The position numbers were made by a program, and so were the translations under genes. A stretch of 64,000 nucleotides of DNA from positions 23,068 through 87,067 of the IMG/VR virus record IMGVR_UViG_3300022602_004810, one strand, 5' to 3'. A model generated the notes under the pieces. It saw only the letters and a list, made by a program, of their open reading frames with translations, ran no database searches and was not told the origin of the DNA. Source of the stretch: a virus. This document shows, one piece after another, positions 10,317 through 19,703 of this stretch (position 1 is its first letter; each line of letters starts with the position of its first letter).

Positions 10317-10907
10317 TTAAAGGGCTGTATAACTGTAAGTAAAATTACCAGTAAACCCAGTGCTGGTTGTTGTATATCCTAATACAGCAACATTAGTCAC
10401 TGTATTTCCTGTGAAGTATAAAGAAACACCAGTAGCTGATGTTTCAGAATAATTATCTTCGTATTGAATGGTAGTACCTAAATAATTTGAAACTTTAATT
10501 ACACCGGTACGTACAGCGGTATTTCTTGATATATTATAGTTAATAATTTGGCCAGTTAATGAAGCTATAGAAACATTGCCAATATTAGCAATACTAGATT
10601 GGTTATCTAATAGCGATACAGTAGCTGGTTCTAAGTTACCAACAATAGAAGCTATATTAGATACAAATGAATTTAAGTTAGCAATGTTGGCACTTAGAGC
10701 TGCAATACTAACACCAATAGCACCTGCACTATATTCAGTTAAAATTTCAGTAACACCAGTAATTGGGGCTCCTTCTTGTAGAGTGCCTTTACCAATGAAT
10801 AAACGTTGACTATCAACACACCAACCAAATTCACCTGTGTCTAGAGCTGGTAGGTCTTCGGTAAGACCACTGCGTACTTGTATTTTGCTAACGGTTATAA
10901 CTGCCAT
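10317..10907 (-). CDS. Virion structural protein with Mtd-N/hyaluronidase-like N-terminal domain
   Basis: IQVRSG..LP.L..GEFGW..D..RLFIG motif; late promoter upstream. Confidence 0.65.
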   Translation of the reverse strand: MAVITVSKIQVRSGLTEDLPALDTGEFGWCVDSQRLFIGKGTLQEGAPITGVTEILTEYSAGAIGVSIAALSANIANLNSFVSNIASIVGNLEPATVSLLDNQSSIANIGNVSIASLTGQIINYNISRNTAVRTGVIKVSNYLGTTIQYEDNYSETSATGVSLYFTGNTVTNVAVLGYTTTSTGFTGNFTYSYTAL

Positions 10908-10934
10908 AACTTTACCTTAGATATATTCTTATAT

Positions 10935-11633
10935 TTATACTAATTTATAATACTGTTCAACTCTTTCTAACCACTTATTAGTCCAATGTTCCCAATCTGC
11001 ACCTTCTACAGTCCATGTTTGATATTGTACATCCTCGTTGGGTTTAGGGGCCACTGCCATTAGGATAACACCTTGTTGTATATCAGTTCCGTAGGTTTCA
11101 TTGTGTGCTAGACCGTATGCCGCTAACTGGAGAAAATAGTCTTCAATCCATTCGGTTTTCTTAGGTTTATTGGTCTGTTTGTAGTCTAAAATGGCAGGTT
11201 TTGACTTGTAAACTCCGCAGGCGTCAGTAGTACCAGCGTAGAGACCGCTAACGTATAAAGGAACCTCAATACCCCAAATTTCGTCAACATGTACCAGACC
11301 TTCGTTAATAACAGCTTTGGCCATGCGATGTGCCTGTTGACTGTAGGGATTGGTTCCTGGATCATTTAATATTCGATTGTTCTGTACATAATCCTCTAAA
11401 AACTTGTGCATACGTGTGCCACGACCGGCGGCTTCGGTGGTAATTTCCTGTGCTTTCTTTTCGCCAACTGACTTACGCCAATTGTTAAGTGCTTCACGTT
11501 TTTCTTGGGGTTTAGTACGGTCTAGAATAGTAGTAACGCTTGGAACCTTACTACCGTCTGGTAAGCAATAGTGACGTTTGCCATCTACTGTTTCTCTGTT
11601 TATGGGGGTGTAGTCGTATCGTTTAATTAGCAT
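10935..11633 (-). CDS. PD-(D/E)XK exonuclease (MGME1/Cas4-like phage exonuclease)
   Basis: PSVTTIL, RGTRMH, AGTTD, DYKQT and QLAAY motifs. Confidence 0.88.
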   Translation of the reverse strand: MLIKRYDYTPINRETVDGKRHYCLPDGSKVPSVTTILDRTKPQEKREALNNWRKSVGEKKAQEITTEAAGRGTRMHKFLEDYVQNNRILNDPGTNPYSQQAHRMAKAVINEGLVHVDEIWGIEVPLYVSGLYAGTTDACGVYKSKPAILDYKQTNKPKKTEWIEDYFLQLAAYGLAHNETYGTDIQQGVILMAVAPKPNEDVQYQTWTVEGADWEHWTNKWLERVEQYYKLV

Positions 11634-11639
11634 ATTATT

Positions 11640-11668
11640 AGTATATATGCTAGTTAAACATTAGTCAA
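11640..11668 (-). promoter_or_regulatory. Sigma70-type promoter
   Basis: TTGACT-N17-TATACT, ending 6 nt before ATG 11633. Confidence 0.65.
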
Positions 11669-11671
11669 CTT

Positions 11672-11998
11672 TTATACAGCAAATGATGATCCGCAACCGC
11701 ATGTACTTTGAGCATTTGGATTTTTAATACTAAAGTTACTACCAGCCAGGGTTTCAACATAGTCAATCTCAGCGCCTTGTAGATATTGACTGCTCATGCT
11801 ATCCACTAACACAGCGATATCTTCAATTTGAATTTCAAAATCTTCTTCGTTTTTTTGATCATCAATAGTAAAGCCATAGCTGAATCCACTACAGCCACCA
11901 CCTTGTACAAATACTCGTAAGCGACTTGTACTAGGTTCGTCACTCATAATTTCTTTAATTTTCTTAACTGCGTTTGGTTGTATATTAATTAGTTCCAT
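11672..11998 (-). CDS. erpA: A-type Fe-S carrier (ErpA/IscA family)
   Basis: [15 protein letters not shown] and [14 protein letters not shown]. Confidence 0.93.
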   Translation of the reverse strand: MELINIQPNAVKKIKEIMSDEPSTSRLRVFVQGGGCSGFSYGFTIDDQKNEEDFEIQIEDIAVLVDSMSSQYLQGAEIDYVETLAGSNFSIKNPNAQSTCGCGSSFAV

Positions 11999-12371
11999 TT
12001 TGTTTTTTCCTATAATCTTCTATTGCTGATTTAATTGCATCTTCTGCTAATACACTACAGTGTATCTTTACCGGCGGTAACGCAAGTTCTTCAGCAATCT
12101 CACTATTCTTAATCGCTTGAGCTTGGTCAAGCGTGCGGCCCTTAAGCCATTCAGTGACGAGGCTCGAACTAGCAATCGCACTTCCGCATCCGTAAGTTTT
12201 AAACTTTGCATCAGTGATAATGCCATCATCTACCTCTATTTGTAATTTCATAACATCACCACAAGCTGGCGCACCTACCATACCAGTGCCCACTTTGGGT
12301 GAATTTTTGTCTAAGCTACCTACATTTCTAGGATTTTCGTAATGTTCTAATACCTGCGCTGAATAGGCCAT
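11985..12371 (-). CDS. iscU: Fe-S cluster scaffold IscU
   Basis: [23 protein letters not shown] and LPPVKIHCS. Confidence 0.97.
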   Translation of the reverse strand: MAYSAQVLEHYENPRNVGSLDKNSPKVGTGMVGAPACGDVMKLQIEVDDGIITDAKFKTYGCGSAIASSSLVTEWLKGRTLDQAQAIKNSEIAEELALPPVKIHCSVLAEDAIKSAIEDYRKKQNGTN

Positions 12372-12404
12372 ACTAAATCTCCAATAGTTGACTAATATAC
12401 TACA

Positions 12405-13256
12405 CTATTTATTATTCGTTGTCAACCAGTGTGCAGGAAATCGTACTTGATCTAACTCTTCTTCTTTAATTTCTTTAATTTCAAATACAGGTTTGGACAT
12501 TTCTTTATATTCACCTATTGCAGAATGCCATGTTAAATCTTGTGGGCAGAACTCACACTGTAGAATGTTTTCATCTTTGGTTGCAACAAAATCTTGCAGG
12601 TCCTCTTCAGAACAATCTGCTGTTAAAGGTCTGTAACTATATAGTAATTCACGTTGTCTATCATCCAATCTAAGGTCAAATTGTTTATCAAATTCAGGAA
12701 GGCCGCTCATGGCAGGGCATTTATACAATTTACCATTATACATAGTATGATCATGTTTCATATCACAGGCATTAAATGCGTTTATAGCATTACTATTGTG
12801 CAGGATCCAATGATCATCTTGTTTAATCACGGTACTTTGATGGAAAGTAAATGCTTCTATCGGTCCTGCTAGGGATTTCCATTGTTCTTTTAAAGCATCT
12901 GCTGTTTCTGGATTATGCAGACTTAGCCCAAATCCAACAGCATATTCATCCCATAATTTTTTATATTGAGGTTTGAAGTACGTACCGTTTGTTTGTATCA
13001 TAATCACAGCATTAGGCCATAGTCTGCGCAGATTAGCACACCATTTTTCTAAGTCAGGATTAAGGGTAGGTTCACCACCTATAATAGTAATACGTGGTAA
13101 ATCTAATCGTTTACTCCATGCTTCGTATTCAGCTGCATGATCATCCCAATATTGATGGCCCTTAAAGTGCAAATCATTGAAACGATTGCATCCACGACAG
13201 GCGAGATTACATACATTGGTTATATAGAATTCTACTACAGGAAATATCTTGATCAT
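12405..13256 (-). CDS. Radical SAM protein
   Basis: CNLACRGC (CX3CX2C), GGEP, TNG and C-terminal Cys residues. Confidence 0.9.
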   Translation of the reverse strand: MIKIFPVVEFYITNVCNLACRGCNRFNDLHFKGHQYWDDHAAEYEAWSKRLDLPRITIIGGEPTLNPDLEKWCANLRRLWPNAVIMIQTNGTYFKPQYKKLWDEYAVGFGLSLHNPETADALKEQWKSLAGPIEAFTFHQSTVIKQDDHWILHNSNAINAFNACDMKHDHTMYNGKLYKCPAMSGLPEFDKQFDLRLDDRQRELLYSYRPLTADCSEEDLQDFVATKDENILQCEFCPQDLTWHSAIGEYKEMSKPVFEIKEIKEEELDQVRFPAHWLTTNNK

Positions 13257-13269
13257 CTAGTATTTAATA

Positions 13270-13659
13270 CTAGAATATACTCGAGTCGCGTTTTTTACCA
13301 GCACGCTTAGCCATATCACTTACAGTGTCTACTGGTGCTTGGGTAGGATCACCTTCATTAGGTGGAATTGTTGTAGTTGCTTCGTCGTCTTCTTGGTCTG
13401 CGTCAGGACGAAGCTCTACATAGTCTTTATTATAACTCTTAATTAGATTTTTTACCGCTGGATTGTCTTCGCTAGCAGCTACTAGCGCATCATAGTTAAA
13501 AGTCTTATCAGTGTTTAGAACCATGTTAATAAGACTTTGTGTACTAATCTTTGCTAGTTTGCTTTGATCTTTATAACGATTACGAATTAACTCCAGAGCT
13601 GTTGTTAAGTTAGCTTCTGGAGTGTTTACTGGACTATGTAATAATTCGTTAATTTTCAC
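13270..13659 (-). CDS. Hypothetical protein, probable head/internal protein
   Basis: MKINELL N-terminus; lies in a late operon. Confidence 0.6.
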   Translation of the reverse strand: MKINELLHSPVNTPEANLTTALELIRNRYKDQSKLAKISTQSLINMVLNTDKTFNYDALVAASEDNPAVKNLIKSYNKDYVELRPDADQEDDEATTTIPPNEGDPTQAPVDTVSDMAKRAGKKRDSSIF

Positions 13660-13661
13660 GA

Positions 13662-14348
13662 TTAGCGACGTTCACGACCAAGTTCTTCTGCGCCGCCTAC
13701 AGCAGCATCAGTTGCAGCAAAGCCGTCTGACTCAGGTTCTTCTTGATCGAAGTCGCTTGGTGGAGGCAATTCTCCGCCCATTTCTCCGCCCATATCTGGT
13801 TCGCCACCTAAATCCATTGGCTGCGGAGCTTGACCTGTTAAAATACCTACGCCACTATCAACACCTTCGCGTGCAGCTTGTAGATTTTGCATTAATTGAT
13901 CTAGCGTACTACCGACCGCTTGTTTAAAGCTATCAGCTTGCTCATTGCCAATTTGGTCACGGATGCTGTCAAGCAATTGTGGAAGTTGTTCATTTTGCAT
14001 TTTACCAACTTTCTCAATTGTATCTTGAATACTGTCAACCATATCTTTAGCAGCTAGTAATACTTCAGCATTACCAACTTCACCTTCGTTTAATTGGCGG
14101 CGACTTTGTTCTAACCATGCTGAAAGTCCCTCACGAACAGTTAGTAATTCCATATAACGTGGATTACGTTCTGCTGTGTGTAGGTTTGAGCTATGACGAA
14201 TCTTGTTTAAGTTAGCTTCAATCGTTTCACTTAAACGTTCTGCTTTTTCAACAGTCAATTTATCAAAATTAATAGAAAAACCAAAACGGCTTTCCATTAG
14301 TTTGTTAATCTTTTTAGGCGATTTAGATGCCATTTCTGATAGTTTCAT
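13662..14348 (-). CDS. Helical protein with acidic tail, probable head assembly/internal protein
   Basis: MKLSEM start, QLNEGE putative protease site, acidic Gly/Pro tail. Confidence 0.6.
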   Translation of the reverse strand: MKLSEMASKSPKKINKLMESRFGFSINFDKLTVEKAERLSETIEANLNKIRHSSNLHTAERNPRYMELLTVREGLSAWLEQSRRQLNEGEVGNAEVLLAAKDMVDSIQDTIEKVGKMQNEQLPQLLDSIRDQIGNEQADSFKQAVGSTLDQLMQNLQAAREGVDSGVGILTGQAPQPMDLGGEPDMGGEMGGELPPPSDFDQEEPESDGFAATDAAVGGAEELGRERR

Positions 14349-14364
14349 GGGTAATAGGTCCTAA

Positions 14365-14862
14365 TTACAGTTTTATATATTTAGCCAGATTTAGATTTTT
14401 CTTGATTTCTTTCTTTGCCTGGGCAACTCTATTCATTGTTTCTTGGTAACGAGTACTATAAAATTCCTCGCCCCATTGATCTTCATTTTGCTGTGCTTTT
14501 TTATAGCGAATACGATATAAGGCCGCATCAAACTCTAATCTATTTAGTAGACTATCTGCCTCTTTAATATTATGTGCTAGTTGGTATTGTTGCTTATGTA
14601 GTGCTATGCAATAGAATATAGCATCTTTGCGATTAAAGAAATTAAATAATTGCGAACTACCATCCATAACTTGCCAGGTTTGTTCGTTGATTTTTACCAC
14701 ACGATAACGACCCACCAGGACATCTGTGCCAATCTGATAGCATAAAGGTAAGTCACTAGATACTGTTGTGATCTTTTCAAGTTCTTGTTGGGTAAAGCGT
14801 TTGATTTTTTCTACATCAAACGTTTCATTAGCGGATTCGTTTTTTGTAGTAGATTTTGCCAT
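14365..14862 (-). CDS. Hypothetical protein
   Basis: Probable start MAKSTTK. Confidence 0.65.
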   Translation of the reverse strand: MAKSTTKNESANETFDVEKIKRFTQQELEKITTVSSDLPLCYQIGTDVLVGRYRVVKINEQTWQVMDGSSQLFNFFNRKDAIFYCIALHKQQYQLAHNIKEADSLLNRLEFDAALYRIRYKKAQQNEDQWGEEFYSTRYQETMNRVAQAKKEIKKNLNLAKYIKL

Positions 14863-15037
14863 TTTCGTTGGTGCGTAGTAGAACATCTTTATTTGTTAAT
14901 TGATTAGCCAGCACCTGCTCACGTTCATCTAAGTGAGATTTGGCAATAGGGGTATCACCAACAAAACGTTCAAGCAATGTTGCTTCTTCGTTATTGATGG
15001 GTAATTGTATGTTGTTGATCAGTTCTACTATCTTCAT
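14828..15037 (-). CDS. Small hypothetical protein
   Basis: MKIVELINN start 5 nt after a TAAATA promoter motif. Confidence 0.65.
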   Translation of the reverse strand: MKIVELINNIQLPINNEEATLLERFVGDTPIAKSHLDEREQVLANQLTNKDVLLRTNENGKIYYKKRIR

Positions 15038-15048
15038 AGTAGTATTTA

Positions 15049-15312
15049 TTACTTGAGAAACTCGTGGCCAAGATAACCAAGGAGTGCTGAAAGGAGTACG
15101 CCAAGAATAGTAACTGTCCAACCCATAACATTTGTGCTACGGTTTTCTAGTTTAGTTTCAAGACTGTCTTTAATATTGATAAGATACATTTCCATCTTAT
15201 CCATACGTTGTTCAAGGTTGTTTAGTTTCGTATCCAAAGCGCCGTACCTCACAGCACATATTTCAACGTGGGCTTCTAAACTCTTCTTCTCAATATTTGT
15301 AGGTGTGGTCAC
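15049..15312 (-). CDS. Coiled-coil protein with C-terminal transmembrane helix (holin/XhlA-like architecture)
   Basis: SD GAGGAG 7 nt before GTG 15312; heptad region followed by WTVTILGVLLSALLGYLG. Confidence 0.55.
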   Translation of the reverse strand: MTTPTNIEKKSLEAHVEICAVRYGALDTKLNNLEQRMDKMEMYLINIKDSLETKLENRSTNVMGWTVTILGVLLSALLGYLGHEFLK

Positions 15313-15329
15313 CGCTCGTCTCCTCAACG

Positions 15330-15385
15330 ATGCCGTCTACTATGCCTTGATATTATGCCTTAATATGTGCCTTAATGAATGCCTG
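15330..15385 (-). repeat. Five spaced GGCA motifs in a 5' leader
   Basis: Plus-strand tgcc at 15331, 15343, 15356, 15368 and 15380 (12-13 nt period). Confidence 0.8.
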
Positions 15386-15408
15386 TAGCATCAAGTAATA
15401 TTTATTAA

Positions 15409-15831
15409 TTACAGCAAAGTTTTAAAGTATATGTTATTCCAAGGACCTTTGGGATAGAAAAAAGGGCGTTCTGGTTTGGCTGTTTCTGTTAGACCCAGGA
15501 TAATAGGAGTAATGTTAAAATCATATTTAACAAGTCCAAACTTATCAGGCCCTTCTTGATAGATATCAGAATATTCTACTGAGAATTTAAATGTCCAAAT
15601 ACTGTGCTGTCCGCTATAATTAATTCCAAAATTATAGCCATTAGTAACATCATCTTTAAGTTGCCATGTGCTGATAATTGTAGGTTGAGTGCGTAGGCTT
15701 AGAATCTGTTGTACAGTTTCCCAATTGCGCTGTTGATTGCGCTCTAGCGCACGTTCAGCGGTATGATTAGTTACCCCTGTTGGAGTAACGTCAATTAACG
15801 TAAAACCTTGATATAGATATTGATTAGTCAC
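15409..15831 (-). CDS. Hypothetical protein
   Basis: GTG start just after TATAAATA; the upstream extension in the ORF track runs through a terminator. Confidence 0.65.
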   Translation of the reverse strand: MTNQYLYQGFTLIDVTPTGVTNHTAERALERNQQRNWETVQQILSLRTQPTIISTWQLKDDVTNGYNFGINYSGQHSIWTFKFSVEYSDIYQEGPDKFGLVKYDFNITPIILGLTETAKPERPFFYPKGPWNNIYFKTLL

Positions 15832-15850
15832 TAGGTATTTATAGACAATA

Positions 15851-15877
15851 AAAAAGCCCTTATAAAAAGGGCTTTTT
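15851..15877 (-). terminator. Rho-independent terminator (bidirectional form)
   Basis: AAAAAGCCCT-loop-AGGGCTTTTT. Confidence 0.85.
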
Positions 15878-15901
15878 CTATTCAATAACTAATTGTTTAG
15901 A

Positions 15902-16285
15902 TTAGTATGTGAATGCTGTTATAGTTGCACCTGCTACACCAGAACCATTGATTACAGTGTTAGCGTATGCTTGTAAGCTGTAAGCACCTGTTGAAGCTGC
16001 TGGAGCTGCACCAGATAACGCTACGTGGAATAAGTTACCTGATTGCGGAGCACCTAAAAGCTCAATAGAACCAACTTGCTCAATAGCTAAAACTAATTTT
16101 TCATAGTCTGAACCAGCTGCTAAGTAGTTTAAGTTTGTACCGTTACCATATGTGTATAATGAAGCTGATGTAACTGTGTAGTGTGTAAGTTGACGACCTG
16201 TGATCTGAGCATTACCTGCTGAAGAACCGTCTGCTGGACGTGAACCACCGTTTACACGGCTAATTGTTGTTGCTGAAGCTACCAT
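15902..16285 (-). CDS. Small Ala/Gly/Thr-rich protein, probable abundant virion protein
   Basis: Own late promoter, strong SD AGGAG and own terminator. Confidence 0.55.
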   Translation of the reverse strand: MVASATTISRVNGGSRPADGSSAGNAQITGRQLTHYTVTSASLYTYGNGTNLNYLAAGSDYEKLVLAIEQVGSIELLGAPQSGNLFHVALSGAAPAASTGAYSLQAYANTVINGSGVAGATITAFTY

Positions 16286-16331
16286 AATATTTCTCCTAAA
16301 ATAATTTTACGCTTATTGCGCTTAATATTAT

Positions 16332-17573
16332 TTAGCCTTTTGATAAAAAATTAGTTCTAGAGAAGGTTAAACGATCAACTAATTTAACAGCGCCACCATT
16401 GTGACCTATAGCCACAAATCCCTCTGGCGCTGTTACTCGATAACCGTCTGTGGTCTTTTGGAATGTACCAATACCTTCAACTTGATTTAGTTTGTGTATT
16501 AGCATGAGTTTTAATTCAATGATGCGTTTGTATGTAGCAATAACACCTAATAGGTTATTACTGTTGTCTGCGATCCAATCTTCACGTGCTTTGATCTTAG
16601 CTACACGAGCCTGTGCCGCACGACCTTCTAAACCGCCACTTAATTGTTCGATACCTTTCATCATTTCTAATTCATAATGCTTAATAAAGTTCTTTAAGAA
16701 CTGCAAAGGTTCACCTACATGACTGCCACTGCGTATCTGCTGATTAATGAAAGGTTTAATCATACGACTAAATTCTTTATCTTGTAGAACAATATCAAAA
16801 CGTTGTTGGCCTAATTTGTTCATTGTGTCAAGTGTAGCATCTAGATTGCGTTGTATCTTAGTATTTTCACTAGGAGTTAGACTTGCTACACCTGTGTAGT
16901 CTTTGTAGGTAGCATCATCAAACCATACGTTTTTAGTTTGTGTAAATCCGCCGACATTAACTCCAAACTCTGCAGTCATTGTGTCAATTGATTCACCTGT
17001 ATAGCTAGTATGGAATATAATACCAATCTGTGCGGCAGCAATGCGCTGCCCTAGATGGCTTTTAACTGGCACCGCATAGGTAATTGTATTTGGAGTAAAC
17101 ACATAGCAATCTTCTTCGTTAACATTAACTACTGTAAGATCTCCCGGAGTGAACATTAGGTCACCTTGCACAACTCCGCCAATACGTAATTCGCGTAGAT
17201 ATTTTAATGCGGCTTCCAACATTGCTGATAGTGTAGGTTCGTGGCCATACCATTGTTCAATATCTTTGGTTGATTTACAGCGTTTAGGTTGTGCTTTGGA
17301 AAATACTGACTTAGTGCCAACAAAGAAACGACCATCTTCTGGATCTGTGCCACAGATAATTGCTGGGCTACCGTCCCATTTAACCGTTAGCTGTGTTGTT
17401 GTACCTGTGCCTTCTGCTAGCATCTGACGTAGACTGTCGATATAATTTAGTGCTTCTTGTGCGCCTGCCCATCCCTTGTTAAAGATAAGATCTTCAAGAT
17501 GCTCAAGGTGTGTGTTCTTACTTTCTGTAAGTAACCATTGTGGGGTTTGTTTCTTAATTTCGTATAGTTGCAT
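16332..17573 (-). CDS. Conserved T4-like phage protein (DUF6267-like) with KxDG nucleotidyltransferase-type motif
   Basis: KNTHLEHLEDL, TVKWDGSPAI, FFVGTKSVF, EGFVA and VKLVDR. Confidence 0.7.
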   Translation of the reverse strand: MQLYEIKKQTPQWLLTESKNTHLEHLEDLIFNKGWAGAQEALNYIDSLRQMLAEGTGTTTQLTVKWDGSPAIICGTDPEDGRFFVGTKSVFSKAQPKRCKSTKDIEQWYGHEPTLSAMLEAALKYLRELRIGGVVQGDLMFTPGDLTVVNVNEEDCYVFTPNTITYAVPVKSHLGQRIAAAQIGIIFHTSYTGESIDTMTAEFGVNVGGFTQTKNVWFDDATYKDYTGVASLTPSENTKIQRNLDATLDTMNKLGQQRFDIVLQDKEFSRMIKPFINQQIRSGSHVGEPLQFLKNFIKHYELEMMKGIEQLSGGLEGRAAQARVAKIKAREDWIADNSNNLLGVIATYKRIIELKLMLIHKLNQVEGIGTFQKTTDGYRVTAPEGFVAIGHNGGAVKLVDRLTFSRTNFLSKG

Positions 17574-18442
17574 TATTTTGTTGCTTGTTGTTGTTGCTGT
17601 AATAGTGCTTCGAGATGCGGTACGTCTGCATCTACTACAAATCCATCGCTACCTTGTTCGTCGGGTGTAGTCCATTGCCCGTCACTCCATTTGTCTGCTT
17701 TAATACCTCGTGGAGTAGTTACTGTTGCGATTTTAGTAGCATCAGTTGGTATATTTTGATTTGTTTTTTTAATTTGCGTAGGTTGATTAAAAGATGTGCC
17801 TGTTAATGCGCCTGCTTGTTGGTCTAAGAATGCTGATGTTGACTGTGGTGGCATTTTACCAGTTTTTTGACTTACCCACTCACCTCGATCATTTAAACCG
17901 TAGTCTTTACCTTGATATTTAAGAATGATAGGTTCTTGACTAACTAGAGTAACACCGGGTGCCGCATTAGCTTGTGGCTGTTGTTGGTTATTTTGGGCGG
18001 CTTGTTGTGTTGGATTTGCTTGTCTTTTTGCAATTTCTGCACCAAGCTCTTTTTGTCCATAAGTCCCGCCACTCTTTGCGGCTAATTTAGCAGCATTGGA
18101 TAATTCGTCATCTGACATTTTACTAAAATCCGGCTTACGTCTGGTTGCCATAAAATTTAGTTGTTGTTGTACAGATTTTGGAGCAGGAACAGTTTTACCA
18201 GTGGCCGGATTAACTAGGCCCCATTGTTGACCTAACCATTGATACTCATTGCCTTTATATTTAATATTACCAGCTTTGCTTGGCTTAAGATTGTTGGCTT
18301 GCTTAAATGATTTTTTGATGTCATCTACTGCACCAGGAGCAACAAAGTCTGCAGCACCCTTAAATACACCTTGGCCTACACCCTTGGCCATATTACCAAC
18401 GTTTTTCCAAAAACCTTCAATGATTACTTCTTTAATCTTCAT
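17573..18442 (-). CDS. Gln-rich hypothetical protein, probable internal head protein
   Basis: MKIKEVIIEG start. Confidence 0.6.
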   Translation of the reverse strand: MKIKEVIIEGFWKNVGNMAKGVGQGVFKGAADFVAPGAVDDIKKSFKQANNLKPSKAGNIKYKGNEYQWLGQQWGLVNPATGKTVPAPKSVQQQLNFMATRRKPDFSKMSDDELSNAAKLAAKSGGTYGQKELGAEIAKRQANPTQQAAQNNQQQPQANAAPGVTLVSQEPIILKYQGKDYGLNDRGEWVSQKTGKMPPQSTSAFLDQQAGALTGTSFNQPTQIKKTNQNIPTDATKIATVTTPRGIKADKWSDGQWTTPDEQGSDGFVVDADVPHLEALLQQQQQATK

Positions 18443-18680
18443 CTCTTAATTTCCTAACGCCGCGAGCAAATTTACTAGGATCTTGTCCTTTGATAGCATT
18501 AAGAAGACGGCGTTCTAATTCGCCAGCTGTATCTGCTTCGTAATTTTCGCGAATATACTTAATTAAGTTAATTGCGCCATTGATAATATTGTTAGCACGA
18601 CTTTCTAGGAGATTATCCTTGTCCTTATGTGTTAACAATTCATCCAGTTCTGAAAGAATGCTACGAGTGCGCTTTTGCAC
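18432..18680 (-). CDS. Conserved hypothetical protein
   Basis: SD GGAG plus GTG; late promoter at 18702-18707. Confidence 0.7.
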   Translation of the reverse strand: MQKRTRSILSELDELLTHKDKDNLLESRANNIINGAINLIKYIRENYEADTAGELERRLLNAIKGQDPSKFARGVRKLRDED

Positions 18681-18704
18681 AATAATTACTCCAATTTAGT
18701 ATAT

Positions 18705-19703
18705 TTATTCAAAACCGCAGTTGTCATCGCAGACAACCAATCTGCCAGATTCGAAATCATTTATGGACCATGAACTTTCGATTTGTGTGAACCATTCAAT
18801 ACAATTTTCTAAAGAATAATCTAAAGCATTATTACTGCTAATAAGTGGAGATATTTGAGCATTAACTGCCTGAAGATATTCACCGTGACCATATGTTTTA
18901 GGACTGAAACCAGTATAACAACAAGGGTAAACATCACCTGTTGCACTTATATAAATCGACTTTCTTTTCTTAGTCTCGCAACTAATTTTAGATTTGCGTA
19001 CTAGTGTTATATCTTCTAATAATACTAAGTCTGTTTTCTTTTTATTAAAGAGAATATCAAAATTAGTTTCACCTCGATAATATCCCAACACATGCGTTAA
19101 TTTTCCATGTTTATCAAATACAGGTCCTGCGTTCCTTCCATAGTCTACCAGATCAAACCTCATACCCATTTCTTCTGCCATAGCACGACATTGTTCTATT
19201 TGGTGTTCATTGAAATTAAATTTAATCATTTTCCACACAGCATACCCGCCAGCATCAATGAAAATCCGAGCATTATTTACAATGGTAGACCAACTAGTGT
19301 TTTGTCTGTATAAATGATGTGTGTCTTCTAATCCATCTAAACAAAATGAAACCATAACTCCAGCTTTTGCTATTCGTTGCCAAAATTGAGCATCTCTAGC
19401 AGATCCGTTGGTGCTTATTTCTAACGTCAGTTCGGAATTACAAGATCTGAAATATTCAACAATGTCTGGAGTTTCTGGATTCATAACAGCATCACCAAAA
19501 TTGCCATTAATCCATAATCGATTTAATTGTTTAAGAAAATCTGGTTTAAAAATTGTCTTACATTGTTCCAAGGTTAAATTTGTTTCAGTATATCCGTCAT
19601 TATATGGATAACCTCGAAAGTTTCTAGGGCACAAAGGACATCTAGCATTACACAGTGAAGAGATTTCTAGATGTACATCTCTAATTTCACTATAACCTAT
19701 CAT
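18705..19703 (-). CDS. Radical SAM protein with SPASM/twitch-type C-terminus
   Basis: CNARCPLC, GNFGD, STNG, C..YISATGDVYPCC and CDDNC. Confidence 0.9.
   Translation of the reverse strand: MIGYSEIRDVHLEISSLCNARCPLCPRNFRGYPYNDGYTETNLTLEQCKTIFKPDFLKQLNRLWINGNFGDAVMNPETPDIVEYFRSCNSELTLEISTNGSARDAQFWQRIAKAGVMVSFCLDGLEDTHHLYRQNTSWSTIVNNARIFIDAGGYAVWKMIKFNFNEHQIEQCRAMAEEMGMRFDLVDYGRNAGPVFDKHGKLTHVLGYYRGETNFDILFNKKKTDLVLLEDITLVRKSKISCETKKRKSIYISATGDVYPCCYTGFSPKTYGHGEYLQAVNAQISPLISSNNALDYSLENCIEWFTQIESSWSINDFESGRLVVCDDNCGFE

Noticed and set aside
15330-15385. Mini CRISPR array
   Set aside because: The repeats are only 4-7 nt with 6-8 nt gaps, and there is no cas operon. The PD-(D/E)XK nuclease is a typical phage exonuclease.
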